Source: Acidobacteriota bacterium
GTDB taxonomy: Bacteria > Acidobacteriota > UBA4820 > DSQY01
Length of the DNA stretch: 64,000 bases
Assembly (NCBI GenBank): GCA_049967655.1
Contig: JBMFSH010000013.1
Span: 1-64,000, forward strand
Direction: 5' to 3'
In this document: positions 41,039 through 50,308 of the stretch, one piece after another
Position numbering within the stretch: position 1 is the first letter of the stretch
How the letters are laid out: each line of letters begins with the position of its first letter
The notes under the pieces: generated by a model
What the model was told of the DNA's origin: nothing
Database searches by the model: none
What the model saw: only the letters and a program-made list of their open reading frames with translations
Position numbers and translations under genes: made by a program

Positions 41039-41722
41039 GTGAAGCAGCCCGTCTACCGAAACCCCCGCTACCAGGAAGCCCTCGAGGAGCAGGTGAGGCT
41101 CGGGAGGGAGCGGCGGGAATCCCCTCTGCCCTCGCCCCTCCGCTGGATCGGCGGGGCGGATGTCTCCTTTCACCTCTACGGCACCACCTTCTGGGGCGGG
41201 GTGGTGGTTTGCGACGCTCGCGAAGGGTTTCGGGTTGTGGAGCGGGCCATCGTGAGGATGGAGGTGGATTTCCCCTACATCCCCGGGTTGCTGGGCTTCC
41301 GGGAGGTTCCGGTCCTGGCGCGCGCCTTCCAGGCCCTCACCCTCAAACCCGAGGCGATCCTGGTGGATGCGCACGGAACCGCGCACCCCAGGATGTTCGG
41401 CTCGGCGGCCCACCTGGGCGTCGTGCTCGGGGTGCCCACGGTGGGCAGCGCCAAGAACCTGCTCTGCGGGAGCTACGACGAACCGCCGCCGCAAAGGGGA
41501 GGGTGGTCGCCGATCCTGCTGGACGGCACGGTCGTCGGCGCGGCCCTGAGGACCCGCCAGCGGGTGCGCCCGGTCTACGTCTCGCCCGGCCACCTCTCGG
41601 ATCTGCCCACCGCCGTCGCGCTCGTGCTCGCCTGCTCCCCCCGCTACCGCCTCCCCGAGCCCATCCGAAAGGCCCACGAGGCGGTGAACGAGGCCCGCCG
41701 GTCCGGTCCGCCCGCTCCCTGA
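41039..41722 (+). CDS. nfi: Endonuclease V
   Basis: GGADVSF, FPYIPGLLGFREVP, VDAHGTAHPR, GSAKN, PVYVSPGH, YRLPEPIRKAH. Confidence 0.94.
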   Translation: MKQPVYRNPRYQEALEEQVRLGRERRESPLPSPLRWIGGADVSFHLYGTTFWGGVVVCDAREGFRVVERAIVRMEVDFPYIPGLLGFREVPVLARAFQALTLKPEAILVDAHGTAHPRMFGSAAHLGVVLGVPTVGSAKNLLCGSYDEPPPQRGGWSPILLDGTVVGAALRTRQRVRPVYVSPGHLSDLPTAVALVLACSPRYRLPEPIRKAHEAVNEARRSGPPAP

Positions 41723-41788
41723 CTCCCCGTTGCCGGAATCGGATCGGAGCCGCCTCGCCGGGAGGGGTCCCGCGGGGGCAGACGGGGG

Positions 41789-42967
41789 TCAGGCTCCCTT
41801 CAACCTGCGGATGGCCTCGGCGATGCGCGCCTCGGAGGAGCCGAAGCTCAGCCGGAGGAAGGTGCCGCGCCGGTCCGGCGGGCGCCCGTCCTCCCGCGGC
41901 ATGCCCCTCAGCAAGAAGGCGGAGCCCGCGACGCCGGCCACGCCCCGGTCCCTCGCGAAGGCCGAGGCCCAGGTGCGGTCATCCTCGATGCCCAGAGCGC
42001 TCACGTCCACCAGGAGGAAGTAGCTGCCGTCGGGATCGCTGGGAATGAAACCGGTTTCGGCTAGGCCGGCGCGCAGCAGGTCGCACCGGCGCCGATAGGA
42101 GGCGGCCATGTCGGTGTAGTAGCTTCCGGGAAGCTTCAGCGCCTCCACCAAAGCCGCCTGAAAGGGGGCCGGCGCGCAGATGGTGAAGAAGTCGTGGGCC
42201 CGGCGGATGCCCTCCATGAGCGGCCTGGGCGCGCAGGCGAAACCGACCCGCCAGCCCGTCACGGCGTAGGTCTTGGAGAAGGAGCCGATGGTCACGGTCC
42301 TTCCCCTCAGGTCGCCCACCGTGGCGGGCGGCACGTGGTGCAGGCCGGGCCGGGTGATGAAGGCGTAGGTCTCATCGGTCACGAGGAGGCAGTCGTGGCG
42401 GCGGAGCAGCTCGGCCAGGGTTTCCAGCTCCTCGATGCGCCAGACCTTGCCCGTGGGATTGGCGGGGGTGTTGAGCACCAGCACCTTGGCCCCGGTGAGC
42501 GCTTCGTCCAGAGCGGCCGGGTCCCAGCGGCCCGTGAAGGGGTCCAGTTCGAGGAGCCTGACCTCGGCCCGCGCCAGCCGGGAGGCGGGGAGATAGTTCT
42601 CGTAGATGGGCTCGGGAACGACGATGGCCTCTCCGGGGGCCAGAAGGGAGAGGAGCGTCGCCATGATCGCCTCGGAGGCGCCGCAGGTGATGACGCACTC
42701 CTCCTCGGCATCGTAGGCGAGCCCCCAGAATTCTCGGAGGTGGCGGGCCAGGGCCGAACGGAGGGCGGGGTCGCCCCACGTCCGGGTGTAGCCGTTCCTG
42801 CCCTCCCGGAGCGCTCGCCGCGCCGCGTCCAGAACGGGTTCGGGGGTGGGGTAGTCGGGGAACCCCTGGGCCAGATTGACCGCGCCGCACTCCTCGGCCA
42901 CGCGCGTCATCTCCCGGATCAGGGATTCGTCCATGTGCGCCACGGCGGGATTCAGGGCTCTCTCCAT
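41789..42967 (-). CDS. Class I/II PLP-dependent aminotransferase
   Basis: NLAQGFPD, NTPANPTGKV, DETY, SFSKTYAVTGWRVG. Confidence 0.93.
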   Translation of the reverse strand: MERALNPAVAHMDESLIREMTRVAEECGAVNLAQGFPDYPTPEPVLDAARRALREGRNGYTRTWGDPALRSALARHLREFWGLAYDAEEECVITCGASEAIMATLLSLLAPGEAIVVPEPIYENYLPASRLARAEVRLLELDPFTGRWDPAALDEALTGAKVLVLNTPANPTGKVWRIEELETLAELLRRHDCLLVTDETYAFITRPGLHHVPPATVGDLRGRTVTIGSFSKTYAVTGWRVGFACAPRPLMEGIRRAHDFFTICAPAPFQAALVEALKLPGSYYTDMAASYRRRCDLLRAGLAETGFIPSDPDGSYFLLVDVSALGIEDDRTWASAFARDRGVAGVAGSAFLLRGMPREDGRPPDRRGTFLRLSFGSSEARIAEAIRRLKGA

Positions 42968-43071
42968 GCCGAGCAGTCTGGCCGGTCGCCTTCTCTCGTG
43001 TCAAGGAGAATAGGGTCTAGAACGGGAGAAAGGCCCGGCTCTCCCTTGCTGCAAGACCACCGCCCGGCCGA

Positions 43072-43407
43072 TGATCCACGGCTTTTGCACAGGCCGAAGG
43101 TGGATGAGGGGCCGCGCCGGGAGATGACTGATGGCGTCGTGCTTCCGAGGCCAGTGGCCGCAACGAATTGATAAACAAAGGTGAATTTTAGGGCCGGATG
43201 GGCGGGCACCGATCGGCGGAGGGGGCTGAAGGAGGCGAGCCGGCCCCCACTTTCCACAGGGAATTCCACAGGCCTGTTCGGGTGGTTGAGAAAGGGAGAC
43301 CTCCCGAGAAGTCCTTCTGGATGAGTTCCTTGTCGAACGAGGCGGCGCCGTTGCGTGCTCGCTATTCACAGAAAACCTGATGCACCGCATGAGCTCTTTG
43401 TGGATTT
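43072..43407. promoter_or_regulatory. Cluster of DnaA-box-like 9-mers
   Basis: TTTTGCACA (43083, exact TTWTNCACA match), CTTTCCACA (43250), CTATTCACA (43362) and several 2-mismatch boxes in a gene-free gap of about 490 bp. Confidence 0.45.
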
Positions 43408-43457
43408 GCCACAACAGTCACGGGCAGATTGAGCGGAAGCTCCAATCCCACGGGGAG

Positions 43458-44396
43458 TCAGCGGGCGGCCAGCCAGTGCAGGACCTGGGGTTCGAGGCCC
43501 CTGGGCGAGGGCTCGCCGAGATCGAGGTCGGGCGGAAAGCCGACGTGGCCTCCGCTGTCTTTCCATCGCACCGACAGGGCGGGCGATGCCTGGTTCACCC
43601 AGGGCTCCACCGACGCCAGCGGGACCATCGGGTCGTTTCTCGACGCCACGAGAAGGGCGGGCACCTCCAGCCTGGGCAGCAGGGGCCAGACGCTGGCCCT
43701 GGCGTAGTAATCGTCCGCTCCAGCGAAGTGGTGCCGCGGGGCGACGGCGAGCTCGTCAAACTCCCGCAGCCGGGAAACGGCCTGAATGGCCTCGGGGGGA
43801 TTGGGAAGCGGCCGCCTGGCGGCCACGGCGTGGTAGGTGTTCTTCAGGGCGGAGAGCAGGTAGGTCCGATAGAGCCACGAGGCGGGGGCGTCGAGGTTGG
43901 CCTGGCAGACCTTCAGGTTGAGCGGCGAGGAGACGGCCGCCACGGCGGCGACGCCGTCACCGGGGTGTTCGGCGGCATAGCGCAGGGCCACGTGGCCCCC
44001 GAGCGAATACCCCAGGACGAGGGCCCGGCGGTACCTGCGGATCTCCGGGCTCCGAATGGCCGCCCGCAGATCGTCGGTGAGGCCGGCGTGGTAGAGGTCC
44101 TCCCCGCTCCGGTCCGCGCCGCGAAGGTTCATCCTCAGGCAGGAAAGCCCCGCCGCCTCGGCGGCCCTGGCGGCCCGAAGCGCGTAGTTGCTCTCGCAGG
44201 AGCCGCCCAGCCCGTGAATGACGATGAGCACCGAGTCGGCTTGGGGCCTTTCCCGCAGGAGGCCCGTGATCTCGACGGAGCCGAAGTCGGGATCGGGAAC
44301 CCGGGTCTTCCAGGGCCTGGCCGGAGGGGCCGGCGAGGGACGAAGGGCGTGATGAAGGCGCGGTGCGATGGTCCAGTAGTGGCCGTTGAGCGACAC
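43458..44396 (-). CDS. Alpha/beta hydrolase (YheT-like)
   Basis: HGLGGS, YHAG.T.DL, GYSLGG nucleophile elbow, NDPMVP, GGHVGF. Confidence 0.9.
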   Translation of the reverse strand: MSLNGHYWTIAPRLHHALRPSPAPPARPWKTRVPDPDFGSVEITGLLRERPQADSVLIVIHGLGGSCESNYALRAARAAEAAGLSCLRMNLRGADRSGEDLYHAGLTDDLRAAIRSPEIRRYRRALVLGYSLGGHVALRYAAEHPGDGVAAVAAVSSPLNLKVCQANLDAPASWLYRTYLLSALKNTYHAVAARRPLPNPPEAIQAVSRLREFDELAVAPRHHFAGADDYYARASVWPLLPRLEVPALLVASRNDPMVPLASVEPWVNQASPALSVRWKDSGGHVGFPPDLDLGEPSPRGLEPQVLHWLAAR

Positions 44397-44460
44397 GATT
44401 GCTCCTCCTCACACCTTATGGTAGCGCGTGGCGGCCGGTTGCACTATCGGCTCCCCTCCG

Positions 44461-44725
44461 CCCAAATTCCGCGATGCAAACGCGGGTGCCTCCGGCCACC
44501 GCACGGGTTCACCGGGGAAAGGCGTTGTCTCCTGGAGGGGGAGGGCCACCATTCCCTCCCCGTCCCCCGGGCAAAGCCCAATGGGGCCCCACCTCTCCCT
44601 TGGCACCCTCTTCGCCTTCGGCTCGACGGCCCCCCAATCCCTCAGTGGGTGTGACACCCTTTCCCACTGGGCGTGTCCTGTCGCGCCTTCCACGGCTATT
44701 CCCCTCCTCCATCGCGGGATTGGGG
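44461..44725 (+). mobile_element. MITE-like dispersed repeat, copy 3
   Basis: Terminal repeats CCCAAATTCCGCGATG / CATCGCGGGATTGGGG; perfect 5-bp flanking duplication CTCCG (44456-44460 and 44726-44730). Confidence 0.85.
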
Positions 44726-46078
44726 CTCCGGGCCCTCGAGCTCGCCCAGGGCGCGCTTCAGATTCGCCCCGGCGATGCGGTACTGAAAATCGGCGTCCAC
44801 CTGCTGGGACTGGGCCCGCGCCAGGTTGGTCTCGGCGTCCAGGAGATCGGTGATGGTGCCGGCTCCCACCTTGTACCGCTCCTCGGCCATCCGCAGGCTC
44901 TCCCGTGCGTCCGCGGTGAGCGCCCTCACGGCGAGGACCGCGTTGTAGGCTTCACGGAGTCCGGCCAGTGCGTTCCAGACCTCCTGGCGGACGGCCAGGG
45001 CGACCTGGTCGCGCCGGTCCTCGGAGCGGCCCAGCTCGGCCCTGGCCTGGGCCAGGGCGTGGCCCCGGGCAAAACCTGTGAAGACGGGAAGCCGGAGCAC
45101 GATCCCGGCGGACCAGTTCTTGTCCTGCGGAAAATAGGTGCTGTCGAGGCGTCCGTAGGAGGCGTCGAGCTCGACGGTAGGCCCATAGGCGCTACGGGCG
45201 GCCCTCACCCTGGCCTTTCCCGCCTCCACCCGCAGCTCCGCGGCCTTGACCTCGGGGCGCCTGGCCTGGGCCTCATGGAGGGCCTGGCCGGCGTCCAGGA
45301 GCGCGGGAGGATGCACCTCCTCCCCCGCGCCCTGGATGGTCAGGGGTGTATCGGGAGAGAGACCCATGGAGGCGGCGAGGGCTCCGCGGGCCACCTCCAC
45401 GCCGCTGGCGGCGTGCACCTCCGCGAGGCGGGCGTTGGCCACTTCCACCCGGGCCCTGAGGACGTCCGCCAGAGGGACGGCGCCCACCGCCTTCCTATCC
45501 TCCGCCAGCCGGAGGTGGTCCTCGCTCCGATCCAGGCTCTGCTTTGCCACGGAGAGGTTGGCCTGTGCCGCCAGCAGGCCGTAGTACGACGACGTGACGT
45601 TGAGCACAAGGTCTTGGGCGTCCTGAGCGCTGGCCGCTGAAGCGGCCTCGCGCGCGGCCTTGGCGCCGGAGACCGCTGCCTTTCTCAGCCCGCTGTCGAA
45701 CAGGGTGTAGCTGCCCTGGAGGTCCAGGCTGTATTGGTTCGTGGGGCCGATGACCGGGGAGATGGGGCCGAACCGGAGGCTCTGGATCGAGTTGGGCAGA
45801 AAGGCGTGGCTCTCCCAGCGGCTGTAACCGGCCTGGAGGCCGAGTTGGGGGTAGTAGGCGGACCGCGTCCCGCCCTCCGACTCTAGGGCGGCCGTCACGC
45901 CGGCCCGAGAGGCTTTGAGGGACGGATTGTTGGCGAGGGCCGTGCGGATGCACGAGTCCAGAGAGAGGGCGGGCGGCGTGTTCGGCGCGGCCCCGGCGGA
46001 AGGAGGAGCGGCCAAGACGGCGGCGGCCAGAACCATCAGCGCTGCGCTCAGCGGGGGGAGGGCGAAGGGCTTGAGCAT
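44696..46078 (-). CDS. TolC-family outer membrane efflux protein
   Basis: Signal peptide, LSLDSCIRTALANNP, two OEP repeats, RYKVGAGTITDLLDA; the stop codon lies inside MITE copy 3. Confidence 0.9.
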   Translation of the reverse strand: MLKPFALPPLSAALMVLAAAVLAAPPSAGAAPNTPPALSLDSCIRTALANNPSLKASRAGVTAALESEGGTRSAYYPQLGLQAGYSRWESHAFLPNSIQSLRFGPISPVIGPTNQYSLDLQGSYTLFDSGLRKAAVSGAKAAREAASAASAQDAQDLVLNVTSSYYGLLAAQANLSVAKQSLDRSEDHLRLAEDRKAVGAVPLADVLRARVEVANARLAEVHAASGVEVARGALAASMGLSPDTPLTIQGAGEEVHPPALLDAGQALHEAQARRPEVKAAELRVEAGKARVRAARSAYGPTVELDASYGRLDSTYFPQDKNWSAGIVLRLPVFTGFARGHALAQARAELGRSEDRRDQVALAVRQEVWNALAGLREAYNAVLAVRALTADARESLRMAEERYKVGAGTITDLLDAETNLARAQSQQVDADFQYRIAGANLKRALGELEGPEPQSRDGGGE

Positions 46079-46090
46079 GGAAGGCTCTCC

Positions 46091-47221
46091 TTAAGCCAGG
46101 GTCTTTCGGAACCGGCTTGAAGCCAAAAGGAGCAGGCCCGTTCCGAGGACCGCCAAGGCGGCCATCTGGGGCCAGAGCACGGAAATCCCGACCCCTTTGA
46201 GGAACACGCCCCGGATGATCACCAGGAAATAGCGGAGGGGATTCAGGTAGGTGAACCACTGCACGACCACCGGCATGTTGGCGATGGGGTAGATGAAGCC
46301 CGACAGCAGGATGGCCGGCTGCATGAAGAAGAAGGCCGTCATCATGGCCTGCTGCTGCGTGCGGCTCACGGTCGAGATGAACAGGCCCACCCCGAGGGTG
46401 CTTATGAGGTAGAGGCCGGTGGAGAGGAAGAGCAGGAGAGGATCGCCCTCGATGGGCACGTGGAACCACAAGACCGCCACGAGGCTGATGAGGATCACGT
46501 CGAGAAAGCCGATGAGGGCGAAGGGGATGGTCTTACCGAGGATGAATTCGAGCCGGCCCATGGGCGTCACCATGATCTGCTCGATGGTCCCGATCTCCTT
46601 CTCGCGCACGATGGCCATGCTGGAGAGGAGGATGGAGACGACCATCACGAGCAGCGCGATGACTCCCGGCACGAAGTAGTCCCGGCTTTCCAGGTTGGGG
46701 TTGAACCAGGCGCGCTCCGCCAGGACCACGGGCGGCGGTGGCGGCGGCTGGCCCGTTCTGAGGAGAAGCTCCTTGGTCAGCACCCGCTCGTTGTAGTCAG
46801 CGGTGATCTGAGCCGCGTACTTGAGGACGAGGCTCGCCGTGTTGGAGTCGGTGCCGTCGAGGAGGATCTGGAGCGGCGCCCGGTGACCGGCGGCGATGGC
46901 GTCGCCGAAGCCCCGATTCAAGCGGAGAACGGTCTTGGCCGTGCCGCGGTCCAGCACATCCCTGACCTGGGCTTCGCTGTGAAGCCGGGCCACCACCTGG
47001 AAGTAGCCCGATCCCACGAAGCGGTCGATCAGATCCCGGCTCTGAGGCGTGTTGTCGAGGTCGTAGACCGCCGTGCGGATGTTGCGCACGTCCGTGGTGA
47101 CGGCGTACCCGAAGATGAGGACCTGCACGATGGGCACGACGACGATCACGGCACGCATCCGAGGGTCCCTGAGGATCTGGATGAACTCCTTCCTGAGTAT
47201 GTGCCTCAACCGTTCCCACAT
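46091..47221 (-). CDS. ABC-2 type permease (YbhR-like)
   Basis: KEFIQILRD, FGYAV..DV, DGTDSN, WFNPNL, REKEIGTIEQ. Confidence 0.92.
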   Translation of the reverse strand: MWERLRHILRKEFIQILRDPRMRAVIVVVPIVQVLIFGYAVTTDVRNIRTAVYDLDNTPQSRDLIDRFVGSGYFQVVARLHSEAQVRDVLDRGTAKTVLRLNRGFGDAIAAGHRAPLQILLDGTDSNTASLVLKYAAQITADYNERVLTKELLLRTGQPPPPPPVVLAERAWFNPNLESRDYFVPGVIALLVMVVSILLSSMAIVREKEIGTIEQIMVTPMGRLEFILGKTIPFALIGFLDVILISLVAVLWFHVPIEGDPLLLFLSTGLYLISTLGVGLFISTVSRTQQQAMMTAFFFMQPAILLSGFIYPIANMPVVVQWFTYLNPLRYFLVIIRGVFLKGVGISVLWPQMAALAVLGTGLLLLASSRFRKTLA

Positions 47222-47228
47222 GGCCGCC

Positions 47229-48365
47229 TCACGCGAGTTTTTTCTGGAAGAGGACCAGGCAGAGGCCCAGCATCAAGGCCGCGAAGGCGAGCAGGAAGAC
47301 GCCCTCGCTCCAGAGCATGGAGGGCCCCACGCCCTTGAGATAGAGACTTCGGAGCAGGAAAATGCAGTAGCGGGCCGGTACCAGGTAGGTCACGAGCTGG
47401 AGAGCCTTGGGCATGTTGGAGATGTCGAACATGAAGCCCGAGAGCAGGTAGGCGGGCAGGAAGGTGGCCGTCACGGCGACCTGGTTCGCGAGGAGCTGGT
47501 TCTTGGCCAGGATGCTGATGAGCATCCCCAGCGAGAGCGCTCCGAGCAGGTAGATGGCCGCCATGACGAAGACCAGGAAAACGCTGCCTCGCAGGGGGAC
47601 GCCGAAGAGGAAGCGCCCGGCCCAGACCGACAGGACCATGTCGAGCATCCCGACGACGAAGTAGGGGACGAGCTTGCCGATCACCAGCTCCGATCCCCTG
47701 AGGGGCGTGGAGATGAGCTGCTCCATGGTCCCCGTTTCCCACTCCCTGGACACCGTGAGCGAGGTGAGGAGGGCGGCGATGAGCATCATGATCACGGCGA
47801 TCAGGCCGGGCACGATGAAGTTTTTGGACTCCATCTCGGTGTTGAACCAGACCCTCGCGCGGACCTCCAGCGGAGGCTCGATGGTGCGGCCAAAAGCCCG
47901 GCTCGCGAAGGCCAGCCGGAGTTGCTGCGAGTAGCCCTGGACCACCGTCTCCGCGTAGCCCATGGCGATGGCCGCCGTGTTGGCGTCGCTGCCGTCGGCG
48001 ATGAGCTGGACCTCCACCGAGCGCCCCGAATCCAGCCATCGCGCGTAGTCGGCGGGGATGACGAGGGCGAGCGTCGTGGTGGTGCGTCGGAGAAGAGCCC
48101 GGTCGATGGCGCCGTAACCGTTCACGCCCCCCTCCACGTCGAAGTAGCGTGATCCCGCGAAGCGGCTCACGAGCTCCCGGCTCTGGGGCGTGTTGCTCTG
48201 GTCCCACACGAGGAGTGGCACGTGGTCCACGTCCAAGGTCAGCGCGTAGCCGAACAGTAGGAGGAGGAGCAGCGGCAAGGCGATGGAGATGCCCAGGGCG
48301 CGGGGATCTCTGAGAACGTGCAGCGTCTCCTTCCGGGCCACGGCCGCGGTTCGGCGGAGGTTCAT
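47229..48365 (-). CDS. ABC-2 type permease (YbhS-like)
   Basis: RKE.LH.LRD, FGYALTLDV, DGSDAN, REWETGTMEQL.STP. Confidence 0.92.
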   Translation of the reverse strand: MNLRRTAAVARKETLHVLRDPRALGISIALPLLLLLLFGYALTLDVDHVPLLVWDQSNTPQSRELVSRFAGSRYFDVEGGVNGYGAIDRALLRRTTTTLALVIPADYARWLDSGRSVEVQLIADGSDANTAAIAMGYAETVVQGYSQQLRLAFASRAFGRTIEPPLEVRARVWFNTEMESKNFIVPGLIAVIMMLIAALLTSLTVSREWETGTMEQLISTPLRGSELVIGKLVPYFVVGMLDMVLSVWAGRFLFGVPLRGSVFLVFVMAAIYLLGALSLGMLISILAKNQLLANQVAVTATFLPAYLLSGFMFDISNMPKALQLVTYLVPARYCIFLLRSLYLKGVGPSMLWSEGVFLLAFAALMLGLCLVLFQKKLA

Positions 48366-49345
48366 TGCGCAAACTCCTGCTGGTTTCCCTCCTCGCGGTC
48401 GTGCTGCTCGATGAGGGAGACGAAGACGTCCTCCAGGCTGGGGGCGATGCGCTCGATTCGCGTGACCGAATAGCCCGCCGATTCGAGGGAGGCCGCCAGC
48501 GGCCCGCCAACGGCCCCGGCGTCCACGGCGATGACGTGAAGGTCCTTCCCGAAGAGGGCGGCCTCCTTCACCCCGGCCACCCCCTCTGCCACCTCCATGG
48601 CCTCCTGCGGCGCGCTGCAGCTCACCTGAAGGACCTGCTCTCGCATGAATCGGTCCTTGAGCTCTCCCGGCGTGCCGACGGCGATGAGCTGGCCGCGGTA
48701 GATCAGCCCCAGGCGGTCGCAGTACTCCGCCTCCTCCATGTAGTGGGTGGTCACGAAGGTGGTCACCCCCGCCCCCGCCAGCTCGTAAATGAGGTCCCAG
48801 AAGCTCCGGCGGCTGACGGGGTCCACGCCCGAGGTGGGCTCGTCCAGGAAGAGCACCGGCGGTTCATGGAGAAGGGCGCAGCCGAGGGAGAGCCGCTGCT
48901 TCCAGCCGCCGGGAAGGAGACCCGTCCGCAGCCGGCGGTGTGGATCGAGGCCGGCCATCTCCAGCACCCAGGCCTTGCGCGCGGCCTTCTTCTCGCGGGG
49001 AATGCGGTAAATGCCGCCGTAAAAATCGATGTTCTCCTCCACCGTCAGATCCTCGTAGAGCGAGAACTTCTGGCTCATGTAGCCGATGTTCTGCTTGATC
49101 GCCTCCGGCTGCGTCTTGATGTCGAAGCCCGCCACCGTCCCCGTGCCGGAGGTGGGCTGGAGCAGCCCGCAGAGCATGCGGATGGTGGTGGACTTCCCGG
49201 CGCCGTTGGGACCCAGGAAGCCGAAGATCTCTCCCTTCGCCACCTCCAGGCTGACGCGGTCCACCGCCACGAAATCGCCGAATCTTCGGCTCAGTTCCTT
49301 GAGCGTGACGGCTGGCGGGAGCTTCCCGGGCAGGTCGCCGTTCAT
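48362..49345 (-). CDS. ABC transporter ATP-binding protein
   Basis: GPNGAGKST, LPGGWKQR, LDEPTSGVDP, TTHYMEEAE. Confidence 0.94.
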   Translation of the reverse strand: MNGDLPGKLPPAVTLKELSRRFGDFVAVDRVSLEVAKGEIFGFLGPNGAGKSTTIRMLCGLLQPTSGTGTVAGFDIKTQPEAIKQNIGYMSQKFSLYEDLTVEENIDFYGGIYRIPREKKAARKAWVLEMAGLDPHRRLRTGLLPGGWKQRLSLGCALLHEPPVLFLDEPTSGVDPVSRRSFWDLIYELAGAGVTTFVTTHYMEEAEYCDRLGLIYRGQLIAVGTPGELKDRFMREQVLQVSCSAPQEAMEVAEGVAGVKEAALFGKDLHVIAVDAGAVGGPLAASLESAGYSVTRIERIAPSLEDVFVSLIEQHDREEGNQQEFAQ

Positions 49346-50280
49346 GCCCCGCCCCCTCCCACGGCGGCTATGAAGACGTCCTCCAGGGACGGCTCGGCCA
49401 CCCGGATTTCGAAGGGGGAGGCGCCGGCCGCGCGAAGGGCGGCCTCTGCGGCGGAGCGGCCTCTCTCGGCGTCCTGGACCAGCAGGTGCACCTTGTCTCC
49501 AAAGACGGCCACCGAGCCGATGGCGGCCTCTTGGAGAACCTTGGAGGACCGCCTGCACTCGCCGCAGCGGATCTCGAGCAGGCTTCCCTTGAGGAGACCC
49601 TTGACGCCGTCGGGCGTGTCGTACGCCAGAAGGCTTCCGTGGTGCATGAGGCCGATGCGATTGCACCGCTCCGCCTCGTCCAGGTAGGCCGTGGAGACGA
49701 AGATCGTGACGCGCTCCTTGAGCAGTTGGTAGAGGATACGCCAGAAGTCCCGGCGGGAGACGGGGTCCACGCCGTTGGTGGGCTCGTCCAAGAAGAGGAC
49801 CCTCGGGGTGTGCACCAGGGCGCAGGCCAGTCCGAGCTTCTGCTTCATGCCGCCGGAGAGGTTGCCAGCCCTCCGGCGCTTGAAGGGGGTCAGGTTACTG
49901 AAGGCGAGCAGGCGCTCCACCTGCTCCCCGCGCCCCTTCCGCGGGACGCCGTAGAGCTCCGCGTAGAAGTGGATGTTCTCCATCACCGTGAGGTCGGGGT
50001 AGAGACCGAAGCGCTGGCTCATGTAGCCGATGCGCTCCTTGACGGCCTCGGGCTCCTTGCGGACATCCAGACCGGTGACGAACACTTCGCCCTCGGTCGG
50101 ATCCAGAATGCCCGTCAGCATCCGCATGGTGGTCGTCTTGCCAGCCCCGTCCGGTCCCACGAGCCCGAAGATCTCGCCCTCGGCGACGGAGAGGGTGAGA
50201 CCGTTGACGGCCGCGAGCTTGCCGAAGGTGCGGGTGAGGCCGACGGTCCGGATGGCGGGCGCCGATTCGTTCTGGTTCAT
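49342..50280 (-). CDS. ABC transporter ATP-binding protein
   Basis: GPDGAGKTT, LSGGMKQKL, LDEPTNGVDP. Confidence 0.94.
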   Translation of the reverse strand: MNQNESAPAIRTVGLTRTFGKLAAVNGLTLSVAEGEIFGLVGPDGAGKTTTMRMLTGILDPTEGEVFVTGLDVRKEPEAVKERIGYMSQRFGLYPDLTVMENIHFYAELYGVPRKGRGEQVERLLAFSNLTPFKRRRAGNLSGGMKQKLGLACALVHTPRVLFLDEPTNGVDPVSRRDFWRILYQLLKERVTIFVSTAYLDEAERCNRIGLMHHGSLLAYDTPDGVKGLLKGSLLEIRCGECRRSSKVLQEAAIGSVAVFGDKVHLLVQDAERGRSAAEAALRAAGASPFEIRVAEPSLEDVFIAAVGGGGA

Positions 50281-50308
50281 GGGTGGCTTGGGCCCTCCGC
50301 GCGGGGCT

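Noticed and set aside
48362..50280. Two adjacent ABC ATPase genes as a frameshifted YbhF-like double ATPase
   Set aside because: Each has its own Walker motifs and C-terminal extension, and they are joined by a normal ATGA overlap.
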